Source of the DNA: Squalus acanthias
Lineage: Eukaryota
Direction of reading: 5' to 3'
Assembly (NCBI GenBank): GCA_030390025.1
Contig: CM059432.1
Coordinates: 72,914,001 to 72,978,000 of the forward strand
Length of the DNA stretch: 64,000 bases
In this document: in pieces, positions 24,372 through 36,082 of the stretch
Layout: every line of letters begins with the position of its first letter
Numbering within the stretch: the stretch's first letter is position 1
Notes under the pieces: model-generated
Databases searched by the model: none
Seen by the model: only the letters and a program-made list of their open reading frames with translations
Told to the model about the DNA's origin: nothing
Translations under genes and position numbers: made by a program

Positions 24372-24715
24372 TCAGCTTGTTCAGTGAGTAGCTGAGCCAA
24401 AGAGACCAGGTTCGATCCCTGGTCTGTGCTGAATTAACTGATCTCAGCCCAGGTGGTGGTAGAGAAGAAATGCCTGGAGTTTCCACTCCTGATTGCTATG
24501 CAGTGATTCTTCCTGGAAGTGGAAGTGTTTGGACATCAATTGGGACAAGATCTGGCTCGGCTGTAATGGCCTACGCTGTCAAATAGCCTACTATTCAGGC
24601 TCACACATGAACAATGACCACTTAGACAAGGTACTGGAGGGTTAATGGTACCTATGGCACCAAACCCTTGCAAGGAGTTAAAGCCGTCAGGACAGGAGGG
24701 GAGGGGGGGGGGGGA
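24372..24715 (+). mobile_element. LF-SINE-like SINE
   Basis: B-box ggttcgatccc; 3' region gaccacttagacaaggtactggaggg...caggacaggagggg resembles LF-SINE. Confidence 0.55.
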
Positions 24716-25638
24716 GAAAGCTCGTCATAAATAGATATTCTTACAGTCTCAATATTCTAATTTAATTGCCATTACATTGTTTTAACCTTAATGATGTGTG
24801 GTACTTATGTGTTAATGGTGCTACATGATTTGTGCACTGCGCCCTTAAGGAAGGGATAGGGATAAGAAAATACAAATCACGCAGCATGTGTGACAGCACA
24901 GTACTAAAACATTTTTACTGTTTCCATATTCAACTTTTTAAAATTAACACTACAACATCAAGAGGCCTCTCTCACCTTGATAGCATCACAAACAGCATTC
25001 ATGCTGTTACAGGTTTTTATGATAATATTGTGCAATCAAAAGGGATATTGAGGTCATTATAATCTGTCCCTGGCACAAGTTCATAGCAGTGCTAAAGTCT
25101 ACTGGAAGTAGTATTAAAATGAAATTTTAAATATTGATCTGGTGGTGCATAATTCCATACTGTAATGTAAGATATGTTTCTGCTATCCAGGTATTAAGAA
25201 TTACTTTGTATCAGTGCTAAATGGGATACTGAGAATAAGATCCTGCCCTATGTGTTAGGACAGATGTAAACAAATGAAACTGTGGACTTAATGGTCTTGA
25301 TTTATCTTAAAATTTCTGCCTGTTTTAAGGCAGATTTGGGAATCCCAATTTTCCTATGTTTTGAAGAAGATGAGGAGGAGGAGGATATGGAAGAAGCTAG
25401 ATTGGAGGCTCTTAAAGTGAGCCATCACAGAAAACGTTTGTTTCTTCTATTTAGATACCCATTCAACAGGGTTTACAGACCAAGAAGGTCTGACTTAGTT
25501 TTCTCAGAAGACTGAGCTTGCCCTTGGAGGTTTCTGGGAAGATTTGTCAGCAGCTGGCTGAAGACTAGCAGCGCACTTCCACCAGGAGAACAGTATTATC
25601 TGTACCAGTCAAAATCACCACTGCCTTGAATTTCTTTG

Positions 25639-26631
25639 ATGTGGAGATGCCGGTGTTGGACTGGGGTGGACAAAAGTGAGAAGTCGCACAACACCAGGTT
25701 ATAGTCCAACAGCTTTAAGGAGTTACCCAGCTTTCAGGAGAACAGCGACCACGACACCACACAACCCTGCCACGGCAACCTCTGCAAGACATGCCAGATC
25801 ATCAACACAGATACCATCATCACACGTGAGGACACTACCCACCAGGTACATGGTACATACTCATGTGACTCGGCCAACGTTGTCTACCTCATACGTTGCA
25901 GGAAAGGATGGCCCGGAGCATGGTACATCGGCGAGACCATGCAGACACTGCGACAACGTATGAACGGACACCGCGCAACAATCGCCAGGCAGGAGTGTTA
26001 CCTCCCAGTCGGGGAACACTTCAGCAGTCAAGGACATTCAGCCTCCGATCTTCGGGTAAGCATTCTCCAAGGCGGCCTTCGAGACACACGACAACGCAAA
26101 ATCATCGAGCAGAAACTGATAGCCAAGTTCCGCACCCATGAGGATGGCCTCAACCGGGATCTTGGGTTCATGTCACGCTACATGTAACCCCACATGACGT
26201 AGAGTCATCCAGACTCGAGTCGTCGCTGGCTTGTTCTCTCTACACAGATGCGGCCTGCTGTAATTTCCAGCAAAAAAAGTAAAAAATCTTTTTGTTTTCC
26301 ATACAGACTCCAGCAGCTGCCACATTTGACCCATTGTGACCCCACCTCATTGTCTTGTTGTATTTTGCTATCGTCTTTGATGTAATGTCTTCCTGACTGA
26401 CCTGGTCGGACACCATCCACACCTTTGATTGCCATGATTGTCTCTCTGCCAAGGTGTGATAAAGGGCAGTTAGAAAGATTAACTGTAGTCGTCTGGCAGT
26501 GTTCTCTGACTATTTATGCTGTGCCCATATGTATTTCTTCACTTCACCTGACGAAGGAGCAGCGCTCCGAAAGCTTGTGATTTCAAATAAAGCTGTTGGA
26601 CTATAACCTGGTGTTGTGCGACTTCTCACTT
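25639..26631 (+). mobile_element. Penelope-like element with inverted partial pLTR at the 5' end and a 13-bp TSD
   Basis: Inverted pLTR 25639-25717; ORF PCHGNLCKTC...NVVYLIRC..AWYIGETMQTLRQRMNGHR (GIY-YIG) ending at 26187; TSD ttgaatttctttg at 25626-38 and 26632-44. Confidence 0.93.
26544..26580 (+). ncRNA. Minimal type I hammerhead ribozyme (PLE family 1)
   Basis: tcac-CTGACGA-a-ggagc(agc)gctcc-GAAA-gctt-gtga. Confidence 0.9.
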
Positions 26632-27199
26632 TTGAATTTCTTTGCAACTGGATCCTTCCACGTGGCATCTGGTGGTCTTTGACACATGAGGTAGGCAGTA
26701 ACTCACCATTGTATAAAGAAGATCACTTATGCCCTCTTCAGGTGGGATGCACAGTTCATTTCTTTCTTAATGAACAAGATAAAGAGAGAGCTATCCAGTT
26801 CTACACACTGACAAGGCTGAAGGAGCAATTGAAAGAAAACATACGGCGCTGAAAGCCCTATATGACAACCTCTTAAGTTTTATGAATAGGAAACGTTTTC
26901 ATTCAATGAATGTGCAGCTTGTGTGCGATGCCAATCACCTTATCTGCACGTTAATGTTGCTACCTAGAAAGCTATCATCATGCTTTCATCATGCATTTTA
27001 TACTGTCACCCAAAGTCAACACTAACCCCATTGAGTTACAATAGTAGCATGTTAGCATCATTGAGTACTAAATTGTATTATTAGTAAAGAAACATCACAG
27101 ATGGATTGTGGCATAGCTCTGTCTGGTGCTCTTCTGGCGTACAATGGAATCAGTTTTAGTTTAAGGAGCTGTGCTCTTCTGCAAATCTTTAGCAACATT

Positions 27200-28148
27200 A
27201 ATAGGAATGTACAAACAGGAGTAGGCCATTCAGCCCGTCGAGCTGTCCACCATTCAGTGAAATCATGGCTGCTCTGTACCTCAACTCCATTTACCTGCCT
27301 TTGTTCCATATTCCTTGATATTCTTACCTAACAAAAATCTATTGATCTCAGTCTTGGAAATTTCAATTGACTGAGCATCTACAGCCTTTAGGGAGAACAA
27401 TGTCCAGATTTCCACTGCCCTTTGTGTAAAAAAAGTGCCTCCTGATTGCACTCCTAAAATGGCATAGCTCTAATCTTGCTTGGGATTCCCCTATCAGAGG
27501 ACATAATTTCTCTATATCTAACCTATCGAATCCCTTTATCATTTTAAACATCTCGATCAGATTATTCCTTAAACTTCTAAACTCAAGGGATATACAAGCC
27601 AAGTTTATGCAGCCTGTCCTGGTAATTTAACCTTTTAAGCCCTAGTTTCATTCTGGTGAATCTGCGCTGTACCCCTTCCAAGGTCAATATATCTTTCCTG
27701 AGGTTTGGTGCCCAAAACTGAACGCAGTACTCCAGATGGGTTCTGAGCAAGGCTTTGTACAACTGAAGCATCACTTTCTCACTTTTGAATTCCAGCCCCT
27801 TTGAGATAAAGGCTAACATTCCATTAGACTTTTTGATTACATTTTGTACCTGTGCATTAGCTTTTAGTGATTTGTGTACATGGATACCTAAATTCCTTTG
27901 GTCCTCCACAGCTCCTAATCTCTCACCATTTAAAAAAAAAATTACGATTTGTCTTTCTCAGATCCAAAGTGGATGACCTCACACTTCCCCACATCTGCCA
28001 TAGTTTTGCCCACGCACTTAGTCTGTCCATGTCCCTTTGTAACTTCCTGCTCCCATCCATGCAACTTATTGTGTCTTCTAACGTAGTGTCGTTTGCAAAC
28101 TTGAATATACAACTCTCTATTCCTTCATCCAAGTCATTAATATATAGG
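27200..28148 (-). mobile_element. Older CR1 3' fragment
   Basis: FANDTTL, HLEYCVQFWAP and QRRFTRM with frameshifts. Confidence 0.85.
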
Positions 28149-28149
28149 G

Positions 28150-28336
28150 TGCTAGATCAATTGTTAATTTTAAATCAGAGATTGATAGCTTTTTGTTAAC
28201 CAAAGGTATTAAGGCATATGGGTCAAAGGCGGGTATATGGAGATAGATCATAGATCAGCCATGATCTCATTGAATGGCGGAACAGGCTCGAGGGGCTGAC
28301 TGGCCTACTCCTGTTACTATGTTCATATATTCCTAT
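28150..28336 (+). mobile_element. CR1 3' tail fragment
   Basis: gatcagccatgatctcattgaatggcgg...ctatgttc tail. Confidence 0.75.
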
Positions 28337-29277
28337 GAAAATGTGAGGCCCCAGTGCAGATCTCTGGTGAACACCTCTTGTCTCATCTCACCAATCAGAG
28401 AACATAAGAAATAGGAGCAGGAGTAGGCTTGACGGCCCCTCGAACCTGCTCCGCCATTCAATAAGATCATGGCTGATCATCGACCTCAACTCCACTTTCC
28501 TGCCCCATCTCCGTACCCCTTGATTCCCCTAGAGTCCAAAAATCTATCTATCTCAGCCTTGAATATACTCAAAGACTCAGCATTCACAGCCCTCTGGGGC
28601 AGAGAATTCCAAAGATTCACAATCCTCTGAGTGAAGAAATTCCTCCTCATCTCAGTCTTAAATGGCCTACCCCTTATCCTGAGACTATGCTCCCTAGTTC
28701 TAGACACTCCAGCCAGGGGAAACAACCTCTCAGTATCTACCCTGTCAATCTCCTTCAGAATCTTGTATGTTTCAATGAGATCACCTTTCATTCTTCTAAA
28801 CTCTAGAGAGTATAGGCCCATTCTACACAATCTCTCATCATAGGACAGCATTTTCATCCCAGGAATCAATCTAGTGAACCTTTGTTGCACCGCCTCCAAG
28901 GCAAGTATATCCTTCCTTAGATAAGGAGACCAAAACTGTGCACAGTACTCCAGGTGTGGTCTCACCAAGGCCCTGTACAATTGTAGCAAGACTTCCCTAC
29001 TCTTATATTCCAACCCCCTTGCAATAAAGGCCCCAACATGCCATTTGCCTTCCTTATTGCTCGCTGTACCTGCATGCTAGCTTTCTGTGTTTCTTGCACA
29101 AGGACACCCAAATCTCTCTGAACACCAACATTTGAAAGTTTCTCACCATTTAAAAAATATTCTGTTTTTCTATTCTTCCTACCAAAGTGAATAACCTCAC
29201 ATTTCCTTACATTATACTCCATCTGCCACCTTACTGCCCACTCACTTAGTCTATCTATATCCCTTTGCAGACTCTTT

Positions 29278-30052
29278 GGCCGCGATCTTACCTGGAGGCG
29301 AGTTGGGAGTGAGTCAGCTGACTTGCGGGTTCCGATCCCACCCCCAATGACACCCGATGCACAGATGCTATTTTGCGTCAATTGGCCTTTTTAAGCCCGC
29401 CCTGCAGGCTTGCCGGCCAATTAAGAGAAAGCGGTGTCAGATGACGTCAGTTGATGACGTGTCATCTGCCGGTTTTCTTAAAGGGGACACGTTCATTTTT
29501 GTTTGACAGATGATTTTTCAGTGTTTGACAGCATTGAGGTGCTGCAAACACTGCCAATCACTGTACAAAGGTGAGCCCTTGCACCCAGGCTCTCCAGAGA
29601 CTATCTTCTTAGAATAAAACAGATGGCAGCTGCAGGTGAGGCTACAGAAGCGATCTGTCACTGGTGAGAGCGGTTCTCCCAATGAGCTGGGACTACACAA
29701 ACACTTCAAACCTTATTACCTACAGAAAAGTCTAAATACATTAAAAATTATTTTCCCAGCATTTCCTTACCTCTGAAACGCACCAGTGTGCCATTGGATC
29801 CTTCACACCACTTCTACAGCTGTCATCAATGAAGAAACATTACAGTAGACTCACAACACGCCACACTTACCTGGCGTAGTGTCCGAATGTCGGGAAGCCC
29901 GCAGTCGACCTGGGCAAATCGGGGACCTGACTCCCGGGAAGATTGATTGGAGGCGGGTTGGAAGCGGGTTTGGGACCCACTGCCAATCTTTTTGATTTTG
30001 TCAGCAGTCCCGCCTCCAAACCCGATCCCTGAGCGCCGGCAAAATCGCCCCT
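29278..30052 (+). mobile_element. Harbinger MITE (deletion derivative)
   Basis: Degenerate TIRs ggccgcgatcttacc / ggcaaaatcgcccct; perfect TSD ttt; body homologous to 54988-55844 and to the reverse complement of 1160-1370. Confidence 0.85.
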
Positions 30053-30322
30053 TTTGTGTTCTCCTCACGGCTTACTGTCCCACCTAGCTTTGTATCATCA
30101 GCAAACTTGGATACATTACATTCGGTCCCTTCATCTAGGTCATTAATATAGATTGTAAATAACTGAGGCCCCAATACTGACCCTTGCGGCACCCCACTAG
30201 TTACAGCCTGCCAACCTGAAAAAAATCCATTTATCCCTACTCTCTGTTTTCTGTCCGTTAACCAATCCTCTATCCATGCTACTATATTATCCCCCAATCC
30301 CATGAGCCCTAATCTGGCGTAA

Positions 30323-30764
30323 AAAAGAAAGACTTGCATTTATATAGCGCCTTTCACGACGTCGCAAAGCGCTTTACAGCCAATTAAGTACTTTTGGAGG
30401 GCAGTCACTGTTGTAATGTGGGAAACGCGGCAGACAATTTGTGCACAGCAAACTCCCACAAACAGCAATGTGATAATGACCAGATAATCTGTTTTTGTTA
30501 TGTTGGTTGAGGGACAAATATTGGCCAGGACACCGAGGATAACTCCCCTGCTCTTCTTCGAAATAGTGCCGTGGGATCTTTTACATCCACCTGAGAGAGC
30601 AGACGGGGCCTCGGTTTAACATCTCATCCGACAGTGCAGCACTCCCTCAGCACTGTACTAGAGTGTCAGCCTAGCTTTATGTGCTCAAGTCCCTTGAGTG
30701 GGACTTGAACCTACAGCCTTCTGACTCAGAGGCGAGTGTGCTACCAACTGAGCCACAGCTGACA
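30323..30764 (-). mobile_element. Full-length DeuSINE-like SINE (SacSINE1-like)
   Basis: tRNA head with A box tggctcagttgg and B box ggttcaagtcc; Deu-like core gagggagtgctgcactgtcgga..gttaaaccgaggccccgtc; tail ggcgctatataaatgcaagtc. Confidence 0.8.
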
Positions 30765-31641
30765 ATAATAATCTTTTATGTGGCACCTTATCGAATGCCT
30801 TTTGGAAATCCAAATGTACTACATCCATTGGTTCCCCTTTATCTACCCTGTTAGTTACATCCTCAAAAAACTCTAATAAATTTGTCAAACACAATTTCCC
30901 TTTCATAAAACCATGTTGACTCTGCCTAATCATGTTATGATTTTCTAAGTGCCCTGATACCACTTCCTTAACAATGGATTCCAGCATTTTCCCGACAACT
31001 GATGTCAGGCTAACTGGCCTGTAGTTCCCTGTTTTTTCTCTCCCTTCCTTCTCGAATAGCGGTGTTACATTTGCGCCCTTCCAAAGTGTTGGGACCATTC
31101 TAGAATCTAGGGAATTTTGGAAGATCAAAACCAATGTATCCACTATCTCTTCAGCCACCTCTTTTAGAACCCTGGGATGTAGACCGTCAGTTCCAGGGGA
31201 TTTGTCGACTTTTAGAACAAAGCCACTGGCCTAAAAATTCGTTAAGGCCGGTTTTGTAGAAAAAATGGCGGCTGCCTGCTTCCGGCATGGGACACAGTGG
31301 CCTCCATTTTGGTAAGGGTCATAGCGCTTACGTTGACAGTGCTGGCCCTTAAATTTAAATAAACAGATCGTGATGTCAATCGGCATGCAACTGCTAATTT
31401 TGACATTTTCGCTCTCCATTAGGCTGTGTCCTAACCACACACAGGAAAGCATGTGTGAAGCAGCCCTGCAGAGATGCTGTCAGTGCTTCTTAAAGAGACA
31501 GTTTGGATTTCAGCTTTTGGACTTTTAAATATTTTATTGAAGTAGTGGCTTGGTGCAATAGATTTTAAAAGTTCTTAAAGTGTGCAGGGAGTGCTGCTGG
31601 ACACTTGCAAGGCTTCAGATGGTAAAAGAAGGCCTGTGAGA

Positions 31642-31786
31642 AGACAGAAAATGCTGGAAATACTCAGCAGGTCAGGCAGCTTCCGTGGAGAGAGAAACAG
31701 AGTTCATGTTTCAGGTCGAGATGCTGCCTGACCTCCTGAGTACTCCCAGCATTTTCTGCTTTTATTTCAGATTTCCAGCATCCACT
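31642..31786. mobile_element. PLE family 2 pLTR fragments in inverted arrangement
   Basis: cagaaaatgctggaaatactcagcaggtcaggcagc... followed by its inverted copy gctgcctgacctcctgagtactcccagcattttctg; only the 3' half of the hammerhead remains. Confidence 0.75.
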
Positions 31787-31794
31787 TGCAGAGG

Positions 31795-31875
31795 GAGGAG
31801 GAAGATGAAGAGGAGGAAGATGAAGAGGAGGAAGATGAAGAAGAGGAAGATGAAGAAGCAGAAGAGGAGGAAGCA
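31795..31875 (+). repeat. (GAGGAGGAAGAT/GAA)n purine-rich repeat
   Basis: Imperfect tandem repeat encoding poly-E/D. Confidence 0.85.
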
Positions 31876-33589
31876 GAAGGAAGGATGCAACCCAGACAGC
31901 TCCTCTCTGGCCGGGATATCCAGGATGGAATCATTCGCCTGCGGTACCAGTGACCACAACTCCAATTCTAATTGCAACATTGGTCCCACACCTTACCTTC
32001 CCTCTGTTACTGACCATCACAGCATCCTCTTGGCCACGATGCAAAAGCCAACTTTCCAAACCAACTTTATCCATGTATGCATCCAATATGACATCAAGAA
32101 ATCAATTAATCACCTTTGTGCATTGCCTTAGTGACTGTCTTGTGTGTGCCTTTGCCTATCCTAGTGACGTAACACAGTGCTACCCCAGTGGCTGTAGCAT
32201 GGCTGGTGGAAGGCTGCTGACTTTATCAGTGGGGGACATTGCAGATGGCCTTGCAGGACGACCTCGAGGAGCTGGTGGCTGGGAGTGTCAAATTGAGTGA
32301 TGGTGTTTCTTCTTCTTCTTCGCTCTCCTCTCCCTATTCTTGGTCAACCACTGGCTGGGCAGGCTGCATTTCTTGGGTATGTGAAATGAGGAAGGCACAA
32401 GGGTAGAGTTGTGGTGAGGGGAGAGCGGGAAAGCAAGAGGTGCCTACTTATACCTTGCGCACCTTATAAATCAGAAGAGATTGTATGATGAGCGGGAAGT
32501 GGGATGTGAGAAGGAGGATAACATATGAGGATACCAGCATCTTGTATCCTTTCAGCCCTGCCGCTGACCAAGGGCTCAGCCATGCCCCTGCCAAGAATGG
32601 CCAGCGCAGTCTCCTCCAAGGGGGTGAGGTGAAGCTAGGAATGGGAGGTGTGCCTCGTGTTTGGTGCAGATTGCTGGTAGGTGAGTGATGGGGGGATAGA
32701 GGGGGGTGGGGAGATGGCGAACATGCAGAATTGGTAAGAGATGGCTTTTGAAGATGCATTCACTGACCTTGACCACTGGTCTGAGGTCATGAAGCTTCTT
32801 TGGGCACTGGAGCCAGGTCATGGGGTCGACACTGCTGGCAGTGACGACCTCGGTGATCTGATCCAACATCGTTCTTTCTGGAGGGCCTCCTGGCCCCTGT
32901 GGGTAGAGGACCTCTCTTGCAGTGTTGACCCCCTGCACAAAGCTGGAGTGCTGCATCCAAGACCCTGGGTGGCCCTTCCCTGGCTTGTTGAGCCATTTGT
33001 GTTAGTGCTGAAGCACTTTCACCATTTTTTTACGTGCAGAAGGCAGTTCAGTTTTAAGAGCTGAAGACTGCCATTTTGGAATTATTTTTAATTTTTTTTT
33101 CAGAAAGCTCTGGGGGCTAAAGATTGTCTATTTTTAAATGATTTTTATTTTTTTCATTTTAGAAGGCAGTTTCCCTTTAAGGGATCGACATTCTTTTCTA
33201 AAATGACAGGATAGCTTGAAGAGAACGCTGCCTCGTTCCAGGGACTCTACGGCCATGCTACATTGGGCCTTCTGCTGAGACTACTGCCCAAAACAGCACG
33301 TTACACCGTAGGTTTTGCACTCCGATGATGTACATCAGCAGGCAGCACCATAATATCGCTGCTACCTGCGCTCTTTTTGTGGGCAGCGGACGTTTTCTGG
33401 CCTAATCGAATTTCTAGGCCTTTATCCCTAATCTCTGACTCCTACCTCCCAACCAATCACGTGTCACAAGGTTGCCTTCAATTCCATGCGCTCTCAATTT
33501 TGCTAATTGTGCTCTCATTTTTGCTAGTAGAAGTATTAGTCACAATTATATTGTATAACTATGTAACTCAAAGCTTAATTGCTCAGAAT

Positions 33590-33674
33590 GGGGGAAAATT
33601 TCCTCTGTGCACTAAATGTATGAAGAACAGGTTTACAATTTCTGTATACCAAGCACACAGGGAAATTTCTCCCC
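33590..33674. mobile_element. Tiny Harbinger-type MITE
   Basis: TIRs gggggaaaatttcc / ggaaatttctcccc; flanks aat/att. Confidence 0.55.
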
Positions 33675-34829
33675 ATTGTATTTGTACATTTTAGACATGG
33701 ATTATTATCCATTAATAAATAGTAATTTTGATGCTAGACTTGTAAGCTTTGCAACAATTTCAAAGTTATTAAACTCATGGTGATGAAACTATGGTGAATT
33801 TGAAGTTAAGCTCATGATTTGATTCAGTTTTCAGTCTGCCTTGCATCCATTCTACAAATAAAATGCTACTGTTGTCTTTTGTGGTTATGTCCATTGCACA
33901 CAGGAAGCTAAAACACATAAACTGTTTAAATATCAAGTCAATATACCAGCTGCCCCTGTTGAGAAAATGTCAGATCACATAGCACAATATGTCAAGACAA
34001 TTTCAAACAGGTCCTTACAAAAATAATGAAGTTTCTCAGTTTTGTAGTACTTAACTTTGGTGCTGATAGATGTATCCAATGATTATAAATGGCTCATATT
34101 TGGCTCTGGCTGATTTTTTTCCACCAACGCAAATTGGTTTGAACAAAGTACGCTTGCTATAGTCGAAGCAAGGAGCACCTTGTGACTAGGAGACTATTAC
34201 AGTTTTAAGAACTGAGCATGATGTACCCCTTGTCCATCAGTACTGTATTGGTTACTAGACTTTGATAATGTGCTCCTTCAAATTGTTTTTCTTTTGAATG
34301 TTCAGTTTGTAGGGATATAAGTGGTACAAACCTACTCTGGAAAGAAAGAAGTTGATTTCAAAATGTAAATGATGCATTGCCTAAAGCAATAAAGAAATTT
34401 ACACAATCAAGATTTGTCATCTAGCCCTTGAATGCATTAGATGTTTAAAATTCATTTTCGAATTTCTCATTGCTGTTGTACAGTAAATTTCTTACATGAC
34501 TTGAAAGTATTCTAGGCAACCACGTCATTTACCACAAAAAATGATAACCTTCCCTATGATAGTCAATTATTTCTCACAGGTCTAGATTGCTGTGGTTCAG
34601 CAGAAGTCTCTATCTCATTCAATTGGCCACTCCATTTTTACATTCTGCATCAGTACTGCATGATGAGTATTCCAGTTCCTGGTCCACTTAGCATTGCCAC
34701 CGAGTGGCATTAATACATCAGTTTTATATATGTGTGTGTATATATATATATATACTTCCTAAAATCAGGGTGGGCCATAAAAAAACGAACACATAAATAA
34801 AAACTACAATGATTCTGCGCTGTGTATTG

Positions 34830-35400
34830 AACCCAATTTAACTTTTTAAGGAAGTAACTGAAGTAATAGACAGGGGAATGTCTACCAATGTAATTTATAT
34901 GGACTTCTAGAAGGCATTCGATAAGGTTCCATGTAAGAGATTGTTAGCTAAAATTAAAGCTGATGAAATTGAAGGAAAATTATTGACCTGGTTAGGAGAT
35001 TGATCAGGCAGCAGTAGACAGAGAGTAGGGATAATGGGTATGTACTCGAATTGGAAGGAAGTGACGAGTGGTGTCCCACAAGGATTTGTGCTGGGGTCTC
35101 AACTATTCGCTATATTTATTAATACCTTAGATAACACAATAGAGAGCCATATATCCAAGTTAGACAATGACTCAAAGATTGATGGTATAGTAAGTAGTGT
35201 AGATGGGAACATAAAATTACAGAGACATTGATGGATTAAGTGAGTGGGCGAAACAGTGGTAGATGGTTTTCAAAGCAGGTAAGTGTGAGGGCATCCATTT
35301 TGGACAAAAAAATGATAGATCCAAGTATTATTTAACTAGTGAAATGGTGGGGGTCCAAAGAGATTTAGGAGTCCATGTACACAGATAACTAAAATGTAGT
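34830..35400 (+). mobile_element. Old CR1 RT fragment
   Basis: YMDF*KAFDKVP and GVPQGFVLGSQLF motifs. Confidence 0.85.
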
Positions 35401-36082
35401 TTCAACAACTCTTGGAAACCAACGCCCCTCCGGAACCTTTTCCCCTTCACTTTCCTCTGACCCTATCCCTCTTCCAATCTCACCCCCTGCCGTGTTTTCA
35501 CTATCCCCTCTGACCTTCCCCTCTCTGACCCCGAACGATCAGTCCTCAGCAAAGGCCTGAGCTTCATCCCCTTACGTCCCAACCGCAATGAATTTCGAGC
35601 TCGGCACGATGCTGAGCTCTTTTTCCGTCGCCTTCGTCTCCGTGTCCACTTCTTTGGCCAGGAGTCTTCCCCCCGCACAACTGACACATTCTCCCGTTTT
35701 CAGAATTCTCGTTCTACCTGGACCCCTCCCTCTGGCCTCTCACCCTCTCTAGATCTTTTCATTGCGTACTGCCGACGTGACATCGGCCGTCTCAATTTCT
35801 CTGCTCCTCTCACTCACTCCAACCTACCTCCCTCTGAACTTGCAGCACTCCGTTCTCTCAGATCCAACCCCAACCTTGTCATTAAACCTGCTGACAAGGG
35901 TGGCGCTGTTGTTGTTTGGTGAACCAACCTCTACCTTGCGAAGGCTAAATGCCAACTCTCTGACATCTCCTCCTACCTCCCCCTGGACCGTCCATGACCC
36001 CACTACCAAACATCAAGCCATCGTTTCCAAGACTGTCACTGACCTCATCTCCTCGGGAGATCTTCTCTCCACAGCCGCCAAT
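35401..36082 (+). mobile_element. PLE ORF fragment (N-terminal region up to the DKG motif)
   Basis: Plus strand reads VFTIPSDLPLSDPERSVLSKGLSFIP...FFRRLRL...SNL..SELAALRSLRSNPNLVIKPADKGGAVVVW. Confidence 0.85.

Larger units (their letters stand above)
25330..27005 (+). pseudogene. Degenerate Harbinger (HARBI1-like DDE) transposase, interrupted by a PLE
   Basis: RVYRPRRS, VPVKITTALNFF|ATGSF and NRKRFHSMNVQLVCD motifs, with stops and frameshifts. Confidence 0.8.
28398..31215 (-). mobile_element. CR1 LINE (RT to tail) carrying a MITE and a DeuSINE
   Basis: ORF pieces 30685-31158, 30001-30339 and 28486-29013 join once the inserts are removed. Confidence 0.9.
31228..33420. mobile_element. Internally deleted Harbinger element (transposase acidic C-terminus on +, Myb/SANT remnant on -)
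   Basis: TIRs ggcctaaaaattcg / cgaatttctaggcc (13/14). Minus strand 32760-32996 reads MAQQAREGPPR..AREVLYP..QITEVV..TWLQCPKKLHDL; plus strand 31790-31953 is an E-rich tail ending IIRLRYQ*. Confidence 0.8.

Noticed and set aside
30695..30764. tRNA gene
   Set aside because: It is the tRNA-derived head of a SINE.
31685..32131. 148-aa ORF with basic KMKRR repeats
   Set aside because: Off-frame reading of a purine repeat (the acidic transposase tail) joined to a PLE fragment.
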